A DNA stretch of 64,000 nt. Source: an uncultured Veillonellaceae bacterium. Its GTDB lineage: Bacteria; Bacillota; Negativicutes; JARBTT01. How positions within the stretch are numbered: position 1 is the stretch's first letter; each line of letters opens with the position of its first letter. The position numbers and the translations under genes were made by a program. The notes under the pieces are model-generated. The model did no database searches. It worked only from the letters and a program-made list of their open reading frames with translations, and was not told the origin of the DNA. The stretch spans positions 128,001 to 192,000 of the forward strand of contig CAWDTA010000004.1 in the NCBI GenBank assembly GCA_963805085.1, written 5' to 3'. Positions 37,260 through 46,565 of the stretch are shown in pieces.

Positions 37260-38513
37260 ATGGCAAAAACAAAATTAAAAATGGTATTAACTTGGAAAGA
37301 AGGCTGTACACTATCAATTTCAGCTGTCATTGGCTGTGGTATCTTAATATTACCAGCCTTAACCGCACAGCAAGCCGGTCCTGCTTCACTCTTGGTCTGG
37401 CTGGTCATATCTTTACTTTCTTTCCCGATTGTGTTTGTTTTAAGCAAATTAGCGGCAAAGATTCCAAAAGCCGGTGGGATTTCTTCTTATGCTGAAAATG
37501 CGTTTGGTGCAAGAAGCGGGATGATTACAAGTTGGATTCTAATGGGTTCTATTCCAATCGGGCTTCCCGCTGTAGCATTAAGTGGCGCTTATTATTTGGG
37601 TTATATCATTCCACTGAGTTTTACACAATTGATTCTAGTGGCAGCATTTATGCTTTATCTTTCCATTTTTTTAAATATCCAAGGAATTGATCTTTCTTCA
37701 AAAATCAGCTCTAGTATTGTTACGCTGATTATCATCATTCTTTTTATCGTAGTTTTATGTTCCCTTCCCCACGTGAGTCTAAGCAACTTTATTCCTTTCA
37801 TGCCTTATGGTAACGCATCAGTGATATCGCTTTTCCCTTTAATCTTTTTTGCTTTTGCTGGCTTTGAATTAATCTGTCCCTTAGCGGAAGAATTTAAAAA
37901 TCCAGCGCGCGATATTCCGATTAGTCTATTTTTATCGGCTTTATTTATTACACTTCTTTATCTATCTATTTCTTGGGTGACGATTGGCACCAATATATAT
38001 AACACACCAAATTCTATTACAGCGTTAAGCTCACTGATTGCTTTATCCTTTGGTAGAACGACTGGTTCGCTCATCGCTATTTTAACTATTCTAATTACCT
38101 TTTGCTCTGTTCACGCCAATATCGCTGGTTTTTCACGAATTATTTTTCACGAAGCGCGCGATGGTGAGTTTCCAAAGCTATTAGCAAGCATACACCCAAA
38201 ATATAAAACTCCCATCAATGCCATCTTCGCATTAGCAATTGCTTTTGCTGTCGTCTTATTTTGTTTCACCTTTTTTATTCCCGATTTAAATCAATTACTT
38301 AAATTTCCTGGCTCAGTATTTTTGTTTTCTTATGTGATTTCAATGGCCGCTGGAATAAAACTATTAGACAAATGGTCGATCGGCTGGTTTTGTGCTTGCG
38401 CTACATTTTGTATCTGTAGTCTATTATTTTTAAGTAGTGGGCTGATCTGTTTATTTCCTGTGACTTTAGGTTTGCTTGGCTTTTGTTATTTGAAAATAAA
38501 AGCTGCCCTTTAA
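37260..38513 (+). CDS. APC family amino acid permease/exporter (YjeH-like)
   Basis: IGCGILILP, PKAGG, FAFAGFE, AEEFKNPARDIP motifs; divergent from LysR gene. Confidence 0.88.
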   Translation: MAKTKLKMVLTWKEGCTLSISAVIGCGILILPALTAQQAGPASLLVWLVISLLSFPIVFVLSKLAAKIPKAGGISSYAENAFGARSGMITSWILMGSIPIGLPAVALSGAYYLGYIIPLSFTQLILVAAFMLYLSIFLNIQGIDLSSKISSSIVTLIIIILFIVVLCSLPHVSLSNFIPFMPYGNASVISLFPLIFFAFAGFELICPLAEEFKNPARDIPISLFLSALFITLLYLSISWVTIGTNIYNTPNSITALSSLIALSFGRTTGSLIAILTILITFCSVHANIAGFSRIIFHEARDGEFPKLLASIHPKYKTPINAIFALAIAFAVVLFCFTFFIPDLNQLLKFPGSVFLFSYVISMAAGIKLLDKWSIGWFCACATFCICSLLFLSSGLICLFPVTLGLLGFCYLKIKAAL

Positions 38514-38551
38514 CATAATAATAAAACAGCCAACATCATGAGCCTGAAAAG

Positions 38552-38821
38552 CTACTGAATGTCGGCTGTTTTATTGTTATGGGCAGAAATTAATTTTAAT
38601 TTTTCTGCCCTATTTAATTGTTTAATTGCATACTCACGTTGTTGTGCTTCTATTTTAGTAAAAAAGCTTTCAACGTAAACAAGTTTTACTGGCAAGCGAT
38701 TTCTCGTATACTTTGCTCCTTTTTTCGTATTATGCGCTAAGACTCGCTTTTCTACATCAATCGTCCAGCCAGTATACAATGTTTTGTCGGCACATTCTAC
38801 GATATAAGTAAACGCGTTCAC
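38552..38821 (-). CDS. GIY-YIG nuclease family protein (UPF0213)
   Basis: YIVECADKTLYTGWT, HN-GAKYTR, REYAIK motifs. Confidence 0.92.
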   Translation of the reverse strand: MNAFTYIVECADKTLYTGWTIDVEKRVLAHNTKKGAKYTRNRLPVKLVYVESFFTKIEAQQREYAIKQLNRAEKLKLISAHNNKTADIQ

Positions 38822-39459
38822 TATTTATTTTCTGTAATCGTGATTTTATTGATAACAACATCTGCTACTGGTTTATCATTAGGCCCAGTCTTCACTTGAC
38901 CGATTTTTTTTACGACATCTAAACCATCAACGACTTTACCAAATACAGAATGTTTACCATCTAACCATGGAGTTTTTACCAAAGTGATAAAAAATTGCGA
39001 ACCACCTGTGTTAGGCCCAGAATTAGCCATAGATAAAACACCAGCACTATCATGACGTAAGTCAGGATTAAATTCATCTGGTATGGTGTAGCCCGGACCA
39101 CCTGTACCATTACCATTTGGATCGCCACCTTGGATCATAAAAGCATCAATAACCCGATGGAATATGAGCCCATTGTAAAATCCTTTTTCAACTAAAGTAA
39201 TAAAGTTTTTTGTTGTGATTGGCGCCTTGTCTTCAAACAATTCAATACTAAACTGCCCTTGATTCGTATCAAAAACAGCAATGCGATTCTTTTGCGTGCT
39301 TGCCTCTTTTGGCGCTTGCGCCATATCACTGTATTTCATCCCATTACTCAGTCCCGAACCATTTTGTTCTTCTTGCTTTTGACTGCTATTACCAAAACAG
39401 CCCACTGTCACAAGTAACATCATACTCACCATTAAAAATATAAGACCTTTTTTCTTCAT
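38821..39459 (-). CDS. cyclophilin-type peptidyl-prolyl cis-trans isomerase, lipoprotein
   Basis: lipobox TVGC; FHRVIDAFMIQGGD, SMANSGPNTGGSQFFIT, WLDGKHSVFG. Confidence 0.94.
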   Translation of the reverse strand: MKKKGLIFLMVSMMLLVTVGCFGNSSQKQEEQNGSGLSNGMKYSDMAQAPKEASTQKNRIAVFDTNQGQFSIELFEDKAPITTKNFITLVEKGFYNGLIFHRVIDAFMIQGGDPNGNGTGGPGYTIPDEFNPDLRHDSAGVLSMANSGPNTGGSQFFITLVKTPWLDGKHSVFGKVVDGLDVVKKIGQVKTGPNDKPVADVVINKITITENK

Positions 39460-39472
39460 CGTATTACTCCTC

Positions 39473-40186
39473 CTATTTTGTAATTTTCCTTTGCTCGCCC
39501 GATTCGATCGGGCACCAGGTAGGGATTGCCTTACTTTCTGTAAAAAAATCAGCGTTTGGCGTCCATACAGGTCCGCGCCTATGCATTGCAATCAAATAAT
39601 TCACTTTTGTCTCTTTGCAAAATTCTTTTGCCCCAAGATCACAAAATTCTTCTAACCGACTATCAACCGGAAAAAAAGCAATGTCAGCGATTAACCCAGA
39701 CATTTTTTTAAGTTGCTTTTTAAATCGATTTCTGGCAAATTTTATATTTTCTTCAGTTTCGCCTTTCCAATGCCACCAATTAAAATCACCAGCATGGAAA
39801 ATGCGCCAGCCATCCACTTCTACCAGAAATGAAATACCTTCATCCGTAGAACTATAGGTCTTTACTTGCAACGTTTCACTTGCATAGTTATCATAGGTAT
39901 TCAAATACACGGTTTTTTCTCGTGGCAGCTTTTTGGCGCCTGATTCTCCTTCAATATCAAAGCTCAAAATATATTGGTTCACGTTATCAGCAAATTGACG
40001 AATTAACGGATTGAAATGATCAAAATGGCGATGTGAACTAAACATATAAACGGTATCGCTTTGTGCTATCAAATTCGGAATGATATTTTCTGGATCAAGA
40101 TAATAATCAAAAATCAACAATGTTTTTCCTATTTTTACAGAAAATCCACTATTCAGTAAATAGGAAACTACCACTTCATTTGTCAT
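39473..40186 (-). CDS. MBL-fold metallo-hydrolase
   Basis: SHRHFDH and FHAGD motifs. Confidence 0.88.
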   Translation of the reverse strand: MTNEVVVSYLLNSGFSVKIGKTLLIFDYYLDPENIIPNLIAQSDTVYMFSSHRHFDHFNPLIRQFADNVNQYILSFDIEGESGAKKLPREKTVYLNTYDNYASETLQVKTYSSTDEGISFLVEVDGWRIFHAGDFNWWHWKGETEENIKFARNRFKKQLKKMSGLIADIAFFPVDSRLEEFCDLGAKEFCKETKVNYLIAMHRRGPVWTPNADFFTESKAIPTWCPIESGEQRKITK

Positions 40187-40197
40187 CGTTTTCTCCC

Positions 40198-40692
40198 CTA
40201 TGCTTTACGCGTAAATTCATGAAATAAATTTCTAATCGGTGTTTGATAAATCACATATGCAAGGGTACTGCCGCCCAAGGTACTGACTAAGAATGGGATG
40301 ACAAAGAAAAATGCCCCTACATTCGAATCCAATAAAAATTTTGCCATTGGGTATGCAACAAGACCGCCTATGATTCCAGTACCAACCACTTCACCTAGAA
40401 TTGCACCATAGATACTATGCGTCCTTTTATATAACATTCCTGCCAAAGTCGCACCAATGATACTACCGGGAAAGGCCAAGATAGAACCAGTTCCCAAAAC
40501 ATTTCTCAGCAGCGATATTCCAAATGCCGCACCAGTTGCATAACGCGTTCCCAAGAGCACTGTTAACAAGACATTAATCGCATGCTGCACTGGAAAACAC
40601 TTTGCAAAGCCGACTGGAATATATACCAAGTGTGCTGAAAGCACACCAATTGCCATAAACATTGCGGTAATGGTCATTTTTTTTAAATTCAT
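40198..40692 (-). CDS. thiW: ECF S-component ThiW (thiazole precursor)
   Basis: PVQHAINV, GTGSILAFPGS, GEVVGTGIIG motifs; follows thiM. Confidence 0.92.
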   Translation of the reverse strand: MNLKKMTITAMFMAIGVLSAHLVYIPVGFAKCFPVQHAINVLLTVLLGTRYATGAAFGISLLRNVLGTGSILAFPGSIIGATLAGMLYKRTHSIYGAILGEVVGTGIIGGLVAYPMAKFLLDSNVGAFFFVIPFLVSTLGGSTLAYVIYQTPIRNLFHEFTRKA

Positions 40693-40702
40693 GTTTCTCC
40701 TC

Positions 40703-41506
40703 CTACTCGGTAACTCTCGCATATCTTTTGATGATATCATCATTTAGATTGAAGATCGCATCCATCAATCTAACTTTAAAGGTACCAATTCCTTCATTTT
40801 CCAAAAGCGATTCTACGGCAACCTCCCCAGCGATTCCCATACTCAACACACCAGATACGGCACCGACAAAAGTATCACCAACCGCACAATAACTTGCTAC
40901 TAAAGCTGTCGTCATACAGCCAGTACCAGTAACGCGCGTTAAAAAAGTATGCCCATTATGTATATGACAATGTTTGTCTTTGCAAGCAATAATATCTACT
41001 TGCCCTGTAACTGCTACCACACCATCAATTTGTTTAGCCAAGGCCTTAGCTGCCGTTTCTCCGCCATCACTTAGAGCGATAGAATCAACCCCCTTCACCT
41101 CGGTATCCAAACCACACAATACTTTTAATTCTGACATATTGCAGCGTATGACATCCGGTTTCACCTCAGCAATGATCCGTTTGGCAACTTCAGTGCGGTA
41201 CATTGTCGCTCCGACTCCAACTGGATCAAAAACAACTGGAATTCTCAGTGATTTAGCCCTATTTCCCGCGATGATCATAGCTTCTACTGTTTGTGAACTT
41301 AAAGTGCCAATATTGAGTACTAATGCTCTCGCATGACTTACCATCTCTGCAACTTCATTTACATCTTGCGCCATGACTGGTGAAGCACCAATTGCTAAAG
41401 TTATATTTGCACAATCATTTACACTAACATAATTGGTTATTTGATGAATCAGTGGACTGTCTTGTCTTACCTTATGTAACCTATTTGTCATTTGTTTTAT
41501 CATCAT
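40703..41506 (-). CDS. thiM: hydroxyethylthiazole kinase
   Basis: ITNYV, GASPVMA, DPVGVGA, VTGTGC motifs. Confidence 0.95.
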   Translation of the reverse strand: MMIKQMTNRLHKVRQDSPLIHQITNYVSVNDCANITLAIGASPVMAQDVNEVAEMVSHARALVLNIGTLSSQTVEAMIIAGNRAKSLRIPVVFDPVGVGATMYRTEVAKRIIAEVKPDVIRCNMSELKVLCGLDTEVKGVDSIALSDGGETAAKALAKQIDGVVAVTGQVDIIACKDKHCHIHNGHTFLTRVTGTGCMTTALVASYCAVGDTFVGAVSGVLSMGIAGEVAVESLLENEGIGTFKVRLMDAIFNLNDDIIKRYARVTE

Positions 41507-41632
41507 ATCTAAACTCCTATTTATAAAAAAATAACACTTAACTTTAATATTATAATACAAAATTTATAATATAGCCGCATAAAAAATAAAAATACACCTA
41601 TTTTTCGTTAGGTGCATCAAAAATATTTGAAA

Positions 41633-42925
41633 TCACGCTACAAATATTTGAGTGAACAACAATATAGTCAACGCAATAATAAGAATCGTAAAAATCCACG
41701 CAACAGCATGATATAGGCGATTATTCTTATAGCTTCCCATAATTTTTTTATCATTAGACAAGAGCAATATAAAAATTAAAATAGGGGAAATCAGCATTCC
41801 ATTTAATACTTGTGAAAGTAGCATAACACTATATAGAGAAATATTTGGCATTAAAACCAAACCGGCACCTATAACAATCAATACTGTATAAACAATAAAA
41901 AATACCGGTGCCTCTCGATACGTTTTATTAATTCCATACACCAATCCCATGACTTCACAAATTGCATACGCCGTACTCAATGGTAAAATCACCGCCGCTA
42001 ATAGCGCTGCGCCCAATAGACCACCATTGAATAATACACTCGCATATGCCCCTGCAAATGGTTCTAAAACAATTGCTGCTTCTTCAACATTTTCTATCAT
42101 ATAAGGATGACCATATAACGCTGTGGCGGTTGTAATTAAAATAAAAAAAGCAATTAATCCCGTAAAAAAAGTTCCTACAATAATATCTATACAAGTATAC
42201 CAATAATCTTTAACAGTGATTCCTTTATCAACAATAGCCGCCTGCATATAAAATTGTCCCCATGGCGTAATTGTTGTACCAATAATTCCTAGCGCTGTAA
42301 ACAAATAAGCACTATCTTGATGAAAAGTCGGTACAAAAGTTGCGGTGAGTACTGCGGGCCATGATGGCTCAACTAGAACACCAGCAATGATGTAACTAAA
42401 AAAAGTAGCGCATAGCAAAAAGAACACCTTTTCGACGTAATTATAATTTGCCTTCACAACCAAAAACCAAATAAAGAAAGCAACAAATGGTACCGCGATA
42501 TATTTGCTAATAGAAAAAAAGGTACAACTCAATACAATGCCTGAAAATTCTGAAGCTGTCGTTCCTATATTTGCTATGAGGAAAAGAACCATTACTAAGA
42601 CAGCAGAGCGTTTTCCATACCGCTCGTGGATGAGTACAAATAGGCCTTTCCCCGTAACAATCCCAATACGTGCTGATATTTCTTGCATGACACCTAAGCA
42701 AATCGTGCTAATCAACAAGACAAACAATAAGGCATAGCCATACTTTGCTCCCGCCGTAATATAAGTAGCAATCCCACCAGCATCATTATCTGCGAATGCT
42801 GTGATAATCCCTGGTCCCATGACAGCAAAAAATACAGCTACTTTTTCACGAAACGTTTTGGGCGGGATCTGTATATTTCTTAGCCAGTTCCTTGCAAAAC
42901 TACCAATAAATTTTCGTTCCTTCAC
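41633..42925 (-). CDS. NRAMP family divalent metal transporter
   Basis: GPGIIT-ADNDAGGI, GTTITPW motifs (Nramp-related Mg/Mn clade). Confidence 0.9.
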   Translation of the reverse strand: MKERKFIGSFARNWLRNIQIPPKTFREKVAVFFAVMGPGIITAFADNDAGGIATYITAGAKYGYALLFVLLISTICLGVMQEISARIGIVTGKGLFVLIHERYGKRSAVLVMVLFLIANIGTTASEFSGIVLSCTFFSISKYIAVPFVAFFIWFLVVKANYNYVEKVFFLLCATFFSYIIAGVLVEPSWPAVLTATFVPTFHQDSAYLFTALGIIGTTITPWGQFYMQAAIVDKGITVKDYWYTCIDIIVGTFFTGLIAFFILITTATALYGHPYMIENVEEAAIVLEPFAGAYASVLFNGGLLGAALLAAVILPLSTAYAICEVMGLVYGINKTYREAPVFFIVYTVLIVIGAGLVLMPNISLYSVMLLSQVLNGMLISPILIFILLLSNDKKIMGSYKNNRLYHAVAWIFTILIIALTILLFTQIFVA

Positions 42926-43056
42926 CCCACCACCCCCATACTATTTGTCATGATAACAAAAGGGACATTACAATTTAATTTTGTAACATCCCCTTTACGC
43001 CAAGATTACGCGCTCATTTCATATCTCATTCTATGTGGTGGTCTAGCAGATTGCGC

Positions 43057-43314
43057 TTATTTTCTTCTTCTCTTCTTACTGGATAAAATTATTTTACTCG
43101 TTTTATTTTCCTTTACCGTACTCATTTCTTGGTCGTCACCTTTTTTATAGGCGGTATAATATTTAAAACCAATCAAAATCGCACAAAAAACTAACATAAC
43201 ATCAAGAACTGTTTGCATTGTACCGCCAGTTGGCCACTGCCTCGTACTTAAATGCCAAATAAAGAGAGCGGCAAATACGACATCATTAAATTTCCCCATA
43301 TTAATTTTATTCAT
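43057..43314 (-). CDS. small hypothetical membrane protein
   Basis: two TM segments and a basic tail, directly after ade. Confidence 0.55.
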   Translation of the reverse strand: MNKINMGKFNDVVFAALFIWHLSTRQWPTGGTMQTVLDVMLVFCAILIGFKYYTAYKKGDDQEMSTVKENKTSKIILSSKKRRRK

Positions 43315-43324
43315 ATGAAAAACC

Positions 43325-45052
43325 TCACTTCTCAGTTGATTCGATTGCTACTGGCACTAATTTGAAGGCATTACCATCTACCAAACCTAAATCGGTCAAT
43401 TTTAATTCAGGAATAACTGGCAAACTCAAAAAGGCTAGCGTTAAAAATGGATCATAGCAATCACGAATACCTAAGGAATATGCTAATTCCTTTAATTTTC
43501 CAACTTGCTTTGCAACTGTATGCACATCTTGATCCGACATTAAGCCTCCAATTGGCAAAGCTAATGAATCCAAGACTTTACCATCAAGCGTAACAGCAAT
43601 ACCACCCTGAATTTTTTCCAATTCCTTGGCTGCAACTAAAATATCTTCATCATTCGTACCAATCACGATTAAATTATGGGAATCATGGGCAACGGTGGAA
43701 GCAATCGCCCCACGGTTTAGACCAAAACCATGAACTAAGCCCACGCCTATATTTCCCAGACAATTATGGCGTTCAAATACCACTAATTTTAAAATATCCT
43801 TTTTCACATTTATAGCAAAAAAGCCATCTTCCCGATCAACTTCCATTTCTAAGGCTTTGGTTACGATTTGATGTGGCACCAAGCCAATGACCCGAGCTCG
43901 CTTCGTTGGAGCGGAAATACGTAATTTCGTTTGGTCAATTTCTGCTAAATGCATCGTTTCTTTGATTTTTTTACTGGCGATATCTTTGCCCTCAAACAAT
44001 GGTGCATTGTCTCTGGCTACGACAACTCCATTTTTCAAAACGAGCATTGGCTGCCAGCTTTTTAAATCATCAAACACCAAAATATCGGCCTTATAGTTTG
44101 GTGCAATCGCCCCAATTTCATCAAGGTTAAAATAGCTTGCCGCATTGATCGTTGACATCTGTAAAACAGTCGGTAAGTCTACCCCTGCTTCGACCGCCAA
44201 GCGAACCATGTTATTGATATGACCTTCGGCAATCAAATCAGCGGGATGACGATCATCAGCAGCAAACAAACAAAATTGCGAAGTGTATTTATTAATCGCC
44301 GGTAATAAATTCAATAAATTTTTTGCCGCTGAACCTTCGCGAATCATCACATGCATACCAGCACGTAATCGGTCTAAGGCCTCTTCTGGTGTCACACATT
44401 CATGATCGGACTTAATGCCAGCCGCGGCATAGGCCATTAAATCATTGCCGCTTACCCCTGGTGCATGTCCATCGATTTTTTTATTTTCCGCTAAAATTAA
44501 CTTCTCAATGACCTTGCTATCGCGATAAATAACACCTGGATAATTCATCATTTCCCCCAAGCCCAATACCCGAGGATGATTGATAAACTTTTCTAAATCA
44601 GCCGCAAAGAGCTCAGCACCGGAATTTTCTAAATTGCTGGCCGGTACACAAGATGGCAGCATAACATAAACCGATAACGGCAAATCTTCCGTTGCATCTA
44701 ATATATAGTCAATCCCATCCAGACCTGCAACATTGGCAATTTCATGGGGGTCAGCAACAATCGTCGTCGTTCCTGTCGGTAAAACCGCTCGAGCAAACTC
44801 AATGGGACTGAGCATCGAACTTTCAATATGTACATGTCCATCAATAAAACCAGGCGTAAGGTATTTACCTGTTAAATCAATTTCATTTTCCCCTGTATAT
44901 TCGCCAATACCAGCAATATAACCATCCACGATCGCTATGTCACCTTTGATAAATTCGCCAGTAAACACATTAAAAGCCTGTGCATTTTTCAGCACCAAAT
45001 CGGCTTGAACAGCCCCTTTGGCCACTCCAATTAGCTTGTTTATATTTTTCAT
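43325..45052 (-). CDS. ade: adenine deaminase
   Basis: HVHIESS, DPHEIANV, EMMN, DGHAP, AHDSHN motifs. Confidence 0.96.
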   Translation of the reverse strand: MKNINKLIGVAKGAVQADLVLKNAQAFNVFTGEFIKGDIAIVDGYIAGIGEYTGENEIDLTGKYLTPGFIDGHVHIESSMLSPIEFARAVLPTGTTTIVADPHEIANVAGLDGIDYILDATEDLPLSVYVMLPSCVPASNLENSGAELFAADLEKFINHPRVLGLGEMMNYPGVIYRDSKVIEKLILAENKKIDGHAPGVSGNDLMAYAAAGIKSDHECVTPEEALDRLRAGMHVMIREGSAAKNLLNLLPAINKYTSQFCLFAADDRHPADLIAEGHINNMVRLAVEAGVDLPTVLQMSTINAASYFNLDEIGAIAPNYKADILVFDDLKSWQPMLVLKNGVVVARDNAPLFEGKDIASKKIKETMHLAEIDQTKLRISAPTKRARVIGLVPHQIVTKALEMEVDREDGFFAINVKKDILKLVVFERHNCLGNIGVGLVHGFGLNRGAIASTVAHDSHNLIVIGTNDEDILVAAKELEKIQGGIAVTLDGKVLDSLALPIGGLMSDQDVHTVAKQVGKLKELAYSLGIRDCYDPFLTLAFLSLPVIPELKLTDLGLVDGNAFKLVPVAIESTEK

Positions 45053-45153
45053 TACGATCCACCTATCAAATATACTTAATCATCAACTCATTATAATATA
45101 TTATCAAATAACCCAGCAAAAGCAAAGTAGTATTATAGACAAAAAACTACTGA

Positions 45154-46065
45154 TTACTCAGTAGTTTTTTCATCTAAATTTCTTTGCTTTACACTTTCTG
45201 CAATTTCTGCAATTCTTGTTCCCGGCAAAGTAAAGCCACGTCCCATGACCTCATTTGCATCTTGCACAATCATAAATGCCATTGGATCAATCGCATTGGC
45301 GATAAGTTTTATCTTACCAAATTGAGTGAGGTTGGCTACAACAAAGATAATATCCTTACGCTCACGCGTAAATGCGCCCTCGCCCTTTAAAAAGGTAACA
45401 CCCCGCCCAATTTCACTGATGATTCCATCGGCAATTGCTGCTGCTTGATTAGAAATAATAATAACCGTTTTCTTATTATTAAAACCAGCCGCTACTTTAT
45501 CAGTAAGATCCGAACTAACATACATCGAAATCAAAGTAAACATGGCTAGCTTCACACCAAATAACATTGCTGCCAACGCCATAATCAAACAATTGAAAGC
45601 AAAAATAACACTCCCCATATTTAGTGAATAATATTTCTTTACAATTGCCGCCACAATATCGAGACCACCGGAACTACCATTGGCCCGAAAGATGATCCCA
45701 TAACCAATCCCATTAAAGACGCCGCCATAAATTGCCGCAAGCATAGGATCGTCAACGACATTATAATTAGATAAAAATCTCATGGCATCAATACAAATAG
45801 AAAACAATACCGTGCCAAAAACAACATCCACCGCGTAGATTTTTCCCAATGTTTTATAAGCAGCAATCAAAAGCGGAATATTCATGATAAGCATTTGCAC
45901 CCCAATTGGTAAGGCGAATAAATAGTAGAATATAATGGCAATCCCACTTACGCCACCACTTAATAATTGATGAGGCACTAAAAATAGATTAATTGAAGCA
46001 CTACTAATTAGACAGCCGATTAAAATTAAGCTATAGCGAAATATTTTACTCTTCATCGTAAACAC
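45154..46065 (-). CDS. YitT family membrane protein (DUF161/DUF2179)
   Basis: GGVSGIA, NIPL, GSSGGLD, GRGVT, DPMAF motifs. Confidence 0.92.
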   Translation of the reverse strand: MFTMKSKIFRYSLILIGCLISSASINLFLVPHQLLSGGVSGIAIIFYYLFALPIGVQMLIMNIPLLIAAYKTLGKIYAVDVVFGTVLFSICIDAMRFLSNYNVVDDPMLAAIYGGVFNGIGYGIIFRANGSSGGLDIVAAIVKKYYSLNMGSVIFAFNCLIMALAAMLFGVKLAMFTLISMYVSSDLTDKVAAGFNNKKTVIIISNQAAAIADGIISEIGRGVTFLKGEGAFTRERKDIIFVVANLTQFGKIKLIANAIDPMAFMIVQDANEVMGRGFTLPGTRIAEIAESVKQRNLDEKTTE

Positions 46066-46078
46066 CTCAAAATTCTGC

Positions 46079-46552
46079 TCATTCCTCAGCTAGAGTTGTT
46101 ATTCTAAATTCTTCTAAATCGCCTTGGCTGACATCCAGTAATAATTGTTGTTTTTCGTCTTGCGGGTTTTTGTAAATGTAATAAATATGTCCATTGATTT
46201 TTTCCTTGTTGGCTAGACCATACTCTTTTAAGATCTTATGAGAAGTCGCCCCGATTCTTACACCTTTGTCCGTTACATACTCTTTATCACTAACACGAAA
46301 ATCTACGATTTTATTGGTGAAACGATCAATCCCAATTCTCATATCATTACCTTTGTAAAAATAATACGTCACAATATTATCTTTGACGATATAATCGAAA
46401 TTTACCCGTGGCTGCCCAATCTTTGCTACCATGGTTTCGTAATCGTCACCTAATTTTATCCCTTTATACGTAAAATCTTCTGGACTTGCCGCAAAAACCG
46501 TTGCCGCAAAAGCAAATACAAATATCGTACATAAAATGATCTTTTTTAGCAC
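46079..46552 (-). CDS. hypothetical exported protein
   Basis: signal peptide; internal repeat GIKLGD / GVRIGA; GGAGG RBS. Confidence 0.7.
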   Translation of the reverse strand: MLKKIILCTIFVFAFAATVFAASPEDFTYKGIKLGDDYETMVAKIGQPRVNFDYIVKDNIVTYYFYKGNDMRIGIDRFTNKIVDFRVSDKEYVTDKGVRIGATSHKILKEYGLANKEKINGHIYYIYKNPQDEKQQLLLDVSQGDLEEFRITTLAEE

Positions 46553-46565
46553 GCAATTGCCTCCC

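Noticed and set aside
38552-38821. GIY-YIG protein as a homing endonuclease or mobile element
   Set aside because: It is the short housekeeping UPF0213 type inside an ordinary operon
42955-43056. Possible metal riboswitch (M-box or yybP-ykoY) before the NRAMP gene
   Set aside because: Only a terminator-like hairpin is present with no aptamer consensus; a TG-N-TATCAT promoter could lie just after it
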